Shown here piece by piece: positions 1 to 7,933 of a stretch of 64,000 nt of DNA. The stretch is from Planctomycetota bacterium (GTDB lineage: Bacteria > Planctomycetota > UBA1135). The stretch's first letter is position 1. Each line of letters begins with the position of its first letter. The stretch lies in the NCBI GenBank assembly GCA_045047305.1, contig JASFYO010000029.1:1-64000 (forward strand). Direction: 5' to 3'. The notes beneath the pieces are model-generated. The model ran no database searches. It saw nothing but the letters and a program-made list of their open reading frames with translations, and had not been told where the DNA came from. The position numbers and the translations under genes were made by a program.

Positions 1-1167
1 GATGGCAGCGCTGCGCAACAGTCCGCGCGAGAAATAGGGGAGTCGGCTTTACAAGCTGGCAGCGTTGCCATCCTCACCGTGGCTGGGGGCCAAGCTTCAA
101 GACTTGGCTTCGAAGGGCCCAAAGGGGCCTTTCCTTTAGGTGCCCTGAGCGGTGCCAGCCTATTTCAAATCCTTGCCGGTCAAATCCGTCGCTTGCGAGA
201 GGTTTATCGATGCAAGCTTGCGTGGGTGATTCAAACAGGCCCGGGGAACCACGCAGAAACGAAATCGTTCTTTGAGAAACGGAATCATTTTGGTCTTGGC
301 GCCTCCACCATCCGTTTTGTTTGCCAAGGAACCTTGCCAGCACTCACCCCCAAGGGGCAGTTGCTACTTGCGGCTCCAGATCGGCTATTCCGCAATCCTG
401 ATGGGCACGGTGGGGTTTACCGGGCCCTGAAAAATTCAGGCGCCATTGGTTCTTTGCGTGCAGCAGGAGTGAGCACACTCTTTTATTGCCAAATCGACAA
501 TCCACTGGCCTGGATTGGTGACCCCGTGTTTCTTGGCTATCATCTTCAACAGGGCGCCAGAATGTCGGCTAAAGTTGTAGAGAAAACCGAACCTGCGGAA
601 AAAGTGGGCTTAGTCGTGGCCGATGGTGAACGAAATACCTGTGTAGAATATTCTGATCTACCTGATGAAATTCAAGCTGAACGCGCTGCCGATGGCGGAC
701 TCAAGTTTCGTGCAGGCAACATTGCCATCCATATTTTTGAACTTGATTTTATGGAAGAAATGGCAGAGGCAAACTTGCCATTGCACCTCGCGCGTAAAGA
801 AATTCGTTGCCTTTCCGCAGATGGCGTCACCTCTGAATTACGCGAAGGTGTCAAATTCGAAACCTTTGTTTTCGATGCTCTCCCATTAGCTCGCAAATCC
901 GTAATTCAACTCGCGCTGCGTGAAGAAGAATTTGCCCCGGTTAAAAATAGATCCGGCGTAGATTCGATTCAAACTTCTAAACAAGCCTTAAGTGCACGTT
1001 CAAAAAGCTGGATCCAAACTGCCTTGATTCCGGGAGGCTCTGCCAAAGCAAATGATTTCCTCGAATTGGAAAGTGGACTGTGCTTAGGTCCAGAAGACCT
1101 TACAACAAGACGAAAACATCTTGTCTGGTCCTGCAAGCAACAACTTCTGCGCTTTAAACCAAATTAA
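1..1167 (+). CDS. UDP-N-acetylglucosamine pyrophosphorylase, UDPGP/UAP1 family (5' end outside window)
   Basis: Frame is open from base 1. Motifs VAGGQASRLG..PKG, PDGHGG, IDNPL, VEYSDL, AGNIAIH, KFETFVFD and EFAPVKN are typical of UAP1-type enzymes. Confidence 0.9.
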   Translation, partial: DGSAAQQSAREIGESALQAGSVAILTVAGGQASRLGFEGPKGAFPLGALSGASLFQILAGQIRRLREVYRCKLAWVIQTGPGNHAETKSFFEKRNHFGLGASTIRFVCQGTLPALTPKGQLLLAAPDRLFRNPDGHGGVYRALKNSGAIGSLRAAGVSTLFYCQIDNPLAWIGDPVFLGYHLQQGARMSAKVVEKTEPAEKVGLVVADGERNTCVEYSDLPDEIQAERAADGGLKFRAGNIAIHIFELDFMEEMAEANLPLHLARKEIRCLSADGVTSELREGVKFETFVFDALPLARKSVIQLALREEEFAPVKNRSGVDSIQTSKQALSARSKSWIQTALIPGGSAKANDFLELESGLCLGPEDLTTRRKHLVWSCKQQLLRFKPN

Positions 1168-1191
1168 CCGCGAAGAACCTACGCTTGACGG

Positions 1192-1220
1192 TTGACCTGA
1201 AGGCCAAGCCTTGAGAACAT
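1192..1220 (+). promoter_or_regulatory. Possible sigma70-type promoter for the tRNA
   Basis: TTGACC (1192-1197), 17-nt spacer, GAACAT (1215-1220), ending 13 nt before the tRNA. Confidence 0.35.
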
Positions 1221-1233
1221 ATCCGCCTTCGTT

Positions 1234-1320
1234 GCCGAAGTGGCGGAATTGGCAGACGCGATGGATTCAAAATCCATTTCTCGCAAGGGAGTGGGGGTTC
1301 AAGTCCCCCCTTCGGCACCA
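1234..1320 (+). tRNA. tRNA-Leu(CAA)
   Basis: Acceptor stem GCCGAAG/CTTCGGC plus ACCA; D-arm GGCGGAATTGGCAGACGC; anticodon arm ATGGA-TTCAAAA-TCCAT; long variable arm; T-loop GGTTCAAGTCC; 87 nt. Confidence 0.97.
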
Positions 1321-1385
1321 TTTAAACAGGCTTGAATTGCCTCCCCTTAAACGGGTATGTTTCTAGTGTGACCCCTACCAGGCCT

Positions 1386-1952
1386 ATGTCCCAGTCATTC
1401 GATCCACTGTTAAGCGATCTAGTTGACCGCTGCTTTAGCATTACCCTGCACCGTCTCCGAGGAGTTCGGGGCCTCATTAGTGGCTGGATTGAAATTGGTA
1501 TTCCGCAAGGAGAACAACACCGATTACGAGAACGCATGGAAGAGGACCTTGCATTGCTTGCGCGTCTGGATTGGCTACGCGCTGTCCTCCATCATTCTCC
1601 TCCTATCCAACGTTGCTATGGGGGAGAGGCACCTGCCGTCCTCCTGGCAACCGCCCTAGGCGTAGGGACTCCAGAAGAAGCAGGTGACCGACTCCCCGAT
1701 ATTGCATCACCCGAGGCGGCAGTAGCCTTAGCACTCTGGCTGCAGGGCACTACGGTTGCCTATGATTCAGCTTCCATCCGTCTGGAATGGTTTGGAGATC
1801 AACTTGAGGTGCGTCTAGCAGTCACTCAAGACCAAGATTGGGGATTGTGGAAAAACACATATGGCCACCTCCTGGTAGAAATGGAAGCACATCGCTTACG
1901 CTTCCGCCCAAGTTGCTTTGCACGCTGGAAAGACCAAAGCTTTCAAGCTTAA
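1386..1952 (+). CDS. Hypothetical protein, possibly a degenerate histidine-kinase/phosphotransferase fold
   Basis: ORF from ATG 1386. TLHRLRGVRGLISGWIEIG loosely resembles an H-box helix; no G-boxes are visible. Confidence 0.55.
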   Translation: MSQSFDPLLSDLVDRCFSITLHRLRGVRGLISGWIEIGIPQGEQHRLRERMEEDLALLARLDWLRAVLHHSPPIQRCYGGEAPAVLLATALGVGTPEEAGDRLPDIASPEAAVALALWLQGTTVAYDSASIRLEWFGDQLEVRLAVTQDQDWGLWKNTYGHLLVEMEAHRLRFRPSCFARWKDQSFQA

Positions 1953-2002
1953 ACCCCAAGCCCGGTATCGACCAATGCCAACCAATCACGTAAAATGCGG
2001 GG

Positions 2003-3586
2003 TTGAAGGCCATGTCTGTAGAGCACGAACAAGAAGACTTCCTAGCCCTGTTTCATGAACTTGAAGCACGCTGCAAAGCAGACCCAATCCTAGAACAGGA
2101 ATGGGGGAAAGCACAATCCAATTTTCTCGGCAGTCAAGGTTTGAACACTCATGCCATGCACCGCTTTCGGGAGTGGTTTTTATTAGAAAAAGTGTCCCCC
2201 AAATTGGGGGCCCCTCCAGCAGTAATTTGGGCACCCGAAAGCCCAGAAGTCAATTCCATATGGCACCGTTTACTAGACTCCTTCTATGGGATTTTCCAAG
2301 GCATCGGTAGCGACGATGAAGGCTATCCCTTATTGGAAGACTTATGGAGTGGGCGTCAAATTCGTTTGATTAGAAAACAAATGAATATGGATGAAGCTGG
2401 GGTCCTGGTGGGGCGGGTAGCTGTGGGCGGAGAGGACCACCACGTCCCCTTTACCGGAGCCGCTTTCCTTATTGCCCCGGGGCTGGCAGATGCGCTCGCC
2501 AAAGACCTATCCAGCATTCGGGCGAAACAACCGAGATCCAGACTTTCACAAGAACAATGTGAAAATTTATTATTACCCTATCGCTTACTTGAAGAAGCAG
2601 AACCAGTAGCCTCGAAGGATTACCAAGAGCAACTTTCTGTTTTGCTTGAAGGGCAAAGCAAATGGACGATGAGCCAAGTATTGCACCTGATTCAGACTCA
2701 AGGGGCGCAAGAAACCTTGAACCAAATTGCCTTTGATTCCGAATTGGATTTAGAGGGGTTACGGCATTGCCTTCACGGATTAACATCTACCCCAACGGCA
2801 ACAACGAAACCGAAGCGCAACCTAGGTGATGACGAATTGGATCAGGCCGCCGTCCAAAATGCATTGTTAGCTTTTGAAAAAGACCAACACGCGGGGAAAG
2901 ATGTGGAAGAATCCTTTGCGCTGCTGGAACAGCAATTGGGCCTGAAACCAGGGACTAGTGACCCATACGACGAAATCAAACATGCTGAGCAGGCCACAAA
3001 TGAAACCGTTGGACCTGCAGAAGCGCCAGGAAGCGCTATGTGGATGGCCACCTTTTTGTGGGAACAGGAACAACTAGGGAATCATCCTAGCCGAGAAACC
3101 CTGGAACAGATAAGCGGATTCTTGGAGTTCTTACGCAATATTTTTGGCCGCAACTTGGAGGCTGATGAAATCCATCAACATCAAATATTGGCCTTCTTTT
3201 GTCAGGCAGAATCGAGCAAAATCTTAGACACCCAACTCAAGCAACTTGAGGGTTTCTTGCTGTGGCTTGCCCAAGAACAAGGTGCCGAAATCCAGCTAAA
3301 TAAGGAATCGAAAAGCCTGATCCAACGGGTGGTTCGCGTCAACCAAGGATGGGCTTCGAGCCCATCTGAGATTGGAAGCATGGCGTTGGTGCAAAAATCA
3401 AAGCCTCTCTTAGTCAGTGCTGACGACGCAGACCAGGCTGAAGTGCTTGGGTGGCCGAGCGATTTGGATTTCCAACCCCAAGTTGGAGACGCATTACGCG
3501 GGCAATGGCGGCAGGGCAAATTTCATGTTGCTGCTTGGTTTCCAAAAGCCTTGATGCCAAATACAGCAATCACCTCGTCGGATTAA
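2003..3586 (+). CDS. Hypothetical protein with putative OB-like segments and an integrase core-binding (SAM-like) domain
   Basis: 527-aa ORF (TTG 2003 or ATG 2012). Segment SRETLEQISGFLEFLR..EIHQHQILAFF..LKQLEGFLLWLAQEQG resembles the XerC/D N-terminal domain. Confidence 0.7.
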   Translation: MKAMSVEHEQEDFLALFHELEARCKADPILEQEWGKAQSNFLGSQGLNTHAMHRFREWFLLEKVSPKLGAPPAVIWAPESPEVNSIWHRLLDSFYGIFQGIGSDDEGYPLLEDLWSGRQIRLIRKQMNMDEAGVLVGRVAVGGEDHHVPFTGAAFLIAPGLADALAKDLSSIRAKQPRSRLSQEQCENLLLPYRLLEEAEPVASKDYQEQLSVLLEGQSKWTMSQVLHLIQTQGAQETLNQIAFDSELDLEGLRHCLHGLTSTPTATTKPKRNLGDDELDQAAVQNALLAFEKDQHAGKDVEESFALLEQQLGLKPGTSDPYDEIKHAEQATNETVGPAEAPGSAMWMATFLWEQEQLGNHPSRETLEQISGFLEFLRNIFGRNLEADEIHQHQILAFFCQAESSKILDTQLKQLEGFLLWLAQEQGAEIQLNKESKSLIQRVVRVNQGWASSPSEIGSMALVQKSKPLLVSADDADQAEVLGWPSDLDFQPQVGDALRGQWRQGKFHVAAWFPKALMPNTAITSSD

Positions 3587-3640
3587 CCGACTAGCGGGGG
3601 TTAAGGAGCCTCATTCGTGGTGTACTTGTCGCCCTGCATA

Positions 3641-3668
3641 ACGTCCGATAATATATATTATGTTGCGA
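3641..3668 (+). other. dif: dif-type XerC/XerD chromosome dimer resolution site
   Basis: ACGTCCGATAA-TATATA-TTATGTTGCGA has the 11-6-11 architecture and closely matches E. coli dif GGTGCGCATAA-TGTATA-TTATGTTAAAT; it is intergenic. Confidence 0.85.
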
Positions 3669-3722
3669 AAGACTCAGGGCGGGGCGCGTGGAATGCTTGG
3701 TTTCCCTCGTATTTACCCCATT

Positions 3723-3766
3723 TGTGGAAAGTTCTGTGGATAACCCTGTGGATAACCTTGGGATAA
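3723..3766 (-). promoter_or_regulatory. Tandem DnaA-box array
   Basis: Perfect TGTGGATAA (TTATCCACA on minus) at 3735-3743 and 3747-3755; TGTGGAAAG at 3723-3731; TTGGGATAA at 3758-3766. All share one orientation with an 11-12 bp period. Confidence 0.8.
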
Positions 3767-3791
3767 ACGATCCCTGATCACCCGGAAGGAA

Positions 3792-4394
3792 TTAGGAAAT
3801 ACGCCCCGCGAAGATCACCTTCGCATCCCCGTTGCACCCATACTCCACCAGACTCACTGACCCAGTGTCAATTCGCAGCTCATTCCATGCGGGTAAATCC
3901 AAACCCATTGCATCGGCCAATATCGCCCGCGTGGGAAACATGTGAGATATCAAAGCGACCTCGGCATCCGAATCCTGCTCTCTAAGAATCGTGTCGCGAG
4001 CCATCAAGACCCGATCCCTCAGATCACCTAAGGATTCACCGCCATGGGCGCGCCAATCCCAGGGATCCTGGCGATGAAATTGAAGGTCACCCGGAAACTG
4101 AACGTCGACCTCATTTGCGGTCAAGCCAATCCATCGGCCCCGTGAAATCTCCTTTAATCCATCCAGTGTCCGCACCTGCATGCCTGGCCGGCTGGCCACG
4201 ACACATTGAGCTCCATATTGAGCACGCCCCAAAGGACTTGCGTAGACCGCTGCGAATGTAATAGGTTCAACCTGAAACGCGGCTTTTTGGGCTTCCAAAC
4301 GTCCCTGAGTACTTAACGCTACCTCAGTTCCTCCATAAAAGGAACCGGGTTTTGCCACACTCACCGCCCCATGACGAATCAAAAACAGACGCAT
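3792..4394 (-). CDS. Histidine phosphatase family protein (CobC/GpmB-like)
   Basis: LFLIRHG, SPLGRA, LKEISRGRW, GGES and ISH motifs. Confidence 0.9.
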   Translation of the reverse strand: MRLFLIRHGAVSVAKPGSFYGGTEVALSTQGRLEAQKAAFQVEPITFAAVYASPLGRAQYGAQCVVASRPGMQVRTLDGLKEISRGRWIGLTANEVDVQFPGDLQFHRQDPWDWRAHGGESLGDLRDRVLMARDTILREQDSDAEVALISHMFPTRAILADAMGLDLPAWNELRIDTGSVSLVEYGCNGDAKVIFAGRIS

Positions 4395-4535
4395 TGCTCT
4401 TTAATATAGTTGGAACCCAGAAAAATTCAACTAAAAGTGTTCCCGGAAAGGAACCATAAGGCTTTTTCAAGGCGGTTTAAGGTTGGTACAATCTTTGCAT
4501 TAGTGGCATTGCCTCTGAACCCGAGGAAATTAAAC

Positions 4536-6554
4536 ATGAAACGCTGGTACCTGATTTTCGCTCTCGCGGCTGGATTCCTTTTCAGCTCCGCGGACCTTTC
4601 CGCACACGGTGGCACCTATAAAGGCCCCGGGGATACTGTACCCCCTGGTGGCGGTGGTGCCTCGCCTCCTGCCGCTCCTAGTTCCCCGAGTTCGCCTAGC
4701 TCCCCGAGTTCGCCAAGCTCTCCGAGCTCGCCATCCACTCCAGCGACTCCAGCCACCCCAGGCTCCCCTGGTGGGCCAGCGACTCCCGGTGCAGGCCCAA
4801 CCACCGGTGGCGGTGGCTCGGCAGGCCCTGATCTCAGTACTTGGGTTTTCTGGTGGGAGTTCAATAAAGATCGTTTCCTTAACCTCAAGGCAAAGGTCCA
4901 CGGCGCCGCCACGGTTACCGACGGCGCTGGCCCTCTCGCTGGCCTTGGTGCTGGTGCACAAGTAGCAAATACTTTGGCCCCCACCACGCCGCAGATTCAA
5001 AACATCATTGTTCCTGCCCTTTTCGATCTCATCGAGAAAGAAGATGACCGCGATATTGCAACCGCGACCATGATTTCGTTGGCCAAGATTGGCTTCCGCG
5101 CAGAAGATGCACGTAAGGTGTTTGAAAAACACCTCGATTCTCCTGTCCAAGAAGTTTCTGAAACCGCTGCGTTGGCTTACGGCATCATGAAGGACGAAGG
5201 TGCAATCCCCGCCCTTGAGTTGCTTTTACGCGACACCAAGGAAGGGCAAGACATGATTGGCGGCAAAGAGGTTAATCTTCGTACTCGCACCTTCTCTGCT
5301 TATGGCCTAGCCATGATTGCGCGCGAATCGACCAGCGAAGAAGTGAAGCAAAACGTTGCCGATACTTTATTCGATGTACTCGTCACCGATGACTCCTCCA
5401 TCAAGGACATCCGTGTAGCCTGCGTGATTGGGCTTGGCGTACTTGAGCTTCCTGAGCCTACTGAAATGGTGCGTAAACTAAGCGCGATTCTCGATGAGCG
5501 GAAAATGGATCAACTGGTTCTTGCTCACATCCCAAACGCTATGGCAAAAATGCTTCGCAGCCTACCTGCTGGCGATGCAACCCGCGATGCAACGATTGAT
5601 CAGCTCATCAAGATTCTCAAAAACAAGCCAAAGCGCAAAACCTTAGTGCGCCAATCGGCCATTCAAGCGGTAGGCATGCTCGCGGTTGCCGGCGACCCAC
5701 GCAACGAGGATATTTTCGACATTCTTGTGCATCAGCAGAAGAAAGGTAGGGATCAGCAGATTAAGCATTACACTGCAATCTCCATGGCCTACTTAGGTGT
5801 TGCCGACAAAGGCAAAACTCGGGACGATGTCACCAAGTACTTGATTGACCACATGAAGAAATCAAGTACGCCATATGAGCCTTGGTGTGGTTTAGCGCTA
5901 GGCGTTATGGCCTTTATGCTAAATGAAAATGGCGAAGCCATCAGCCCACTGGTCATGGATGCAACTTTGACCAAGTTCAAGAAGACTCGTTCACCTGACC
6001 CCAAAGGCGCTTACGCAATCGCTCTTGGACTGATGAAGAACGAAGCTGCTAAGACTGACTTACGCGTCGCACTTGAGGATTTCCGTGAATCTCAATTCCG
6101 TGGCTACACGGCCATCGCTTTGGGCCTTCTGAATGCACGGGAATACATGGGTTATGTTGGTGAAGTCGTGGATGAATCCAAGCGTGACCCTGACTTGCTC
6201 AAGCAGGCCAGTATTGGACTGGGGCTTATGAAAGACAGAAACGCAGTCGGTAAACTTCTCGCGTACCTCACTCCCGAGGATGGTAAGAAGCCACGCTTGG
6301 CGGTACTTTCTGCAGTTGCAACCGCCTTGGGTTTCATTGGCGACAAGAGTTCGGTTCAACCTCTCGTTGACACCATGGCCAACGAACGCTTGACTGCTCT
6401 TGGCCGAGCCTTTGCTTCAGTCTCTCTCGGTATGGTTGCAGACCAAGGCATTTTCCCTTGGAACTCCATCTTCGGCGAAGATTTGAACTACCGAGCTTCG
6501 GTATCGACCCTCATCGACCAACAGACTGGAACCGGCATCCTGGATATTCTGTAG
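4536..6554 (+). CDS. Secreted HEAT-repeat protein with Pro/Ser/Gly-rich N-terminal linker
   Basis: GAGG RBS before ATG 4536; signal peptide ending LSA|HGG; (PSS)n linker; repeated helical AALAYG/AIALGL HEAT-like units. Confidence 0.85.
   Translation: MKRWYLIFALAAGFLFSSADLSAHGGTYKGPGDTVPPGGGGASPPAAPSSPSSPSSPSSPSSPSSPSTPATPATPGSPGGPATPGAGPTTGGGGSAGPDLSTWVFWWEFNKDRFLNLKAKVHGAATVTDGAGPLAGLGAGAQVANTLAPTTPQIQNIIVPALFDLIEKEDDRDIATATMISLAKIGFRAEDARKVFEKHLDSPVQEVSETAALAYGIMKDEGAIPALELLLRDTKEGQDMIGGKEVNLRTRTFSAYGLAMIARESTSEEVKQNVADTLFDVLVTDDSSIKDIRVACVIGLGVLELPEPTEMVRKLSAILDERKMDQLVLAHIPNAMAKMLRSLPAGDATRDATIDQLIKILKNKPKRKTLVRQSAIQAVGMLAVAGDPRNEDIFDILVHQQKKGRDQQIKHYTAISMAYLGVADKGKTRDDVTKYLIDHMKKSSTPYEPWCGLALGVMAFMLNENGEAISPLVMDATLTKFKKTRSPDPKGAYAIALGLMKNEAAKTDLRVALEDFRESQFRGYTAIALGLLNAREYMGYVGEVVDESKRDPDLLKQASIGLGLMKDRNAVGKLLAYLTPEDGKKPRLAVLSAVATALGFIGDKSSVQPLVDTMANERLTALGRAFASVSLGMVADQGIFPWNSIFGEDLNYRASVSTLIDQQTGTGILDIL
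4678..4760 (+). repeat. Degenerate 9-bp coding repeat encoding (PSS)n(PAT)n
   Basis: Protein reads PSSPSSPSSPSSPSSPSSPSTPATPATP with synonymous codon variation. Confidence 0.8.
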
Positions 6555-6584
6555 ACCAGGTTGGAACCCTGTTTGCAGGGCACC

Positions 6585-6620
6585 AAGGAGGGGGCGCAAA
6601 CGCGCCCCCTCCTTTTTTAT
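6585..6620 (+). terminator. Rho-independent terminator
   Basis: 13-bp stem AAGGAGGGGGCGC/GCGCCCCCTCCTT, loop AAAC, followed by a T-run; lies between convergent genes. Confidence 0.9.
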
Positions 6621-6641
6621 GTTTTATGCATTTGGGCTCGA

Positions 6642-7421
6642 CTAGTTTCCGTCGTCAAACTGAAACTCAGCCAAGATTTCGTTGAATTCAATCACAACCA
6701 TTTGCCCATTCTCATCCTTGGCAATGATTTGGTTGGCGTCATCCTCAACCTTTTTAATCCGGCAGGGACCGCGACGGGGAGAAATAATAGCGTCACCTGG
6801 ATTGAGCCAGAGCAAGTCGGCTTGCTGGATTTCTAAACCATGATCATTCAAATCAGCGGGGTGAATCTCCCCCACTAAGCCAAACAGGTCGCCGGGATCT
6901 TGTTCCCAGCGCCTACCCTCGGTCGCTAACACGCGCTGCCCAGGCATCACCACGTCGACCTCGGGCGTTGGCTCGGGCGTTGGCTCGGGCGTTGGCTCGG
7001 GCGTTGGCTCGGGCGTTGGCGCGGGCGTTGGCGCGGGCGTTGGCGCGCCAATCTCGACCTCCTGCAAAAGACTCTTTCCTTCAAGCAGGCGCATTAAGCT
7101 GTCGCCATATTCCCGCAGCGAATGTTCCTGAGAAAGATCCACTTGAAGCTCCAAGCGGCCCCTTCCAGGCTTACCTATTTCACGCAAAAACGCGCGCTCA
7201 GGCTGCGGCAACCCATCCCACCAAATTTCCTTTAGGAATCCTATGCCAAGTTGTTGCCCGTGTTCCCACTGCAATATGGCCGGGGAACCCCCCTCAGAGA
7301 GCATTTGTTGCAGCAAACTGTGCAAGCCTCCCGCAGGTATTTCGCGGGACCATTCTCCTCCACCCATGCGATACAAAAGAACCAAATCAGACTTTTGTTT
7401 GCGGCGCAGGAATGCGCTCAT
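6642..7421 (-). CDS. Hypothetical protein with (PTPA/PTPE) linker
   Basis: ATG at 7421 overlaps the stop of the upstream gene; two regions are separated by a Pro-rich repeat. Confidence 0.7.
   Translation of the reverse strand: MSAFLRRKQKSDLVLLYRMGGGEWSREIPAGGLHSLLQQMLSEGGSPAILQWEHGQQLGIGFLKEIWWDGLPQPERAFLREIGKPGRGRLELQVDLSQEHSLREYGDSLMRLLEGKSLLQEVEIGAPTPAPTPAPTPEPTPEPTPEPTPEPTPEVDVVMPGQRVLATEGRRWEQDPGDLFGLVGEIHPADLNDHGLEIQQADLLWLNPGDAIISPRRGPCRIKKVEDDANQIIAKDENGQMVVIEFNEILAEFQFDDGN
6960..7047. repeat. 12-bp tandem repeat (VNTR-like)
   Basis: 5x CTCGGGCGTTGG then 2x CGCGGGCGTTGG plus a partial unit; encodes PTPA/PTPE on the minus strand. Confidence 0.95.
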
Positions 7422-7933
7422 GGTAGAAGACGGTCTAGGCTTGCAGCTAGTAACAAGACCAACCCGGCTGCAAGCAAAGGGAGCCAACGAGTGGAAGCGC
7501 TACGGTCATGCACGAATTGCCGGCGAGTTTCTGCATCGCCCAAAAAAGTTTTTACCGACGCCACAAAATCCGTCTCCACTTGAGGCCGATTGTCGTAGCG
7601 ACTCAACCAAAGAACCGCGCGATCATGCCCAGCCCGGAAATTGGACGGGTTCCAACAATCTGCTTGCATCGCAAAACGAAGGGCATCTGGATTCTGCTCA
7701 GTTAGATTGTCGATTTCCTCGCGCAACTCCCCTTCGGCACCAGCACGAAGATAGAAAAAGGACCGTTTCAAAGTTGAGGACTCCGTAGCTCGCAAGGCCC
7801 TTGATTGGGTAAGCCACTGTTGATGGGCTTCGAGGAATCCCTTGGCATCATGCGCAGCCGCAATGTTTTGTGCTTGAACACCCGCTCCAAAAAAGAACCA
7901 GGCTACGCTAGATAAAAGGAGCAAACGAAACAT
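7418..7933 (-). CDS. Hypothetical exported protein with C-terminal membrane anchor
   Basis: Signal peptide MFRLLLLSSVAWFFFGAGVQA; C-terminal hydrophobic helix; coupled to the upstream gene by TAATG. Confidence 0.7.
   Translation of the reverse strand: MFRLLLLSSVAWFFFGAGVQAQNIAAAHDAKGFLEAHQQWLTQSRALRATESSTLKRSFFYLRAGAEGELREEIDNLTEQNPDALRFAMQADCWNPSNFRAGHDRAVLWLSRYDNRPQVETDFVASVKTFLGDAETRRQFVHDRSASTRWLPLLAAGLVLLLAASLDRLLP

Noticed and set aside
3723..3766. Plasmid iterons or an integrated plasmid origin
   Set aside because: The units match the DnaA-box consensus, and no rep, par or mobilisation gene is nearby.
6960..7047. Possible CRISPR array
   Set aside because: Contiguous 12-bp units with no spacers, and no cas genes in the window.
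6968..7426. Plus-strand ORF with (ALAR)n repeat
   Set aside because: Shadow frame of the 12-bp repeat; the minus-strand PTPE ORF fits the operon.
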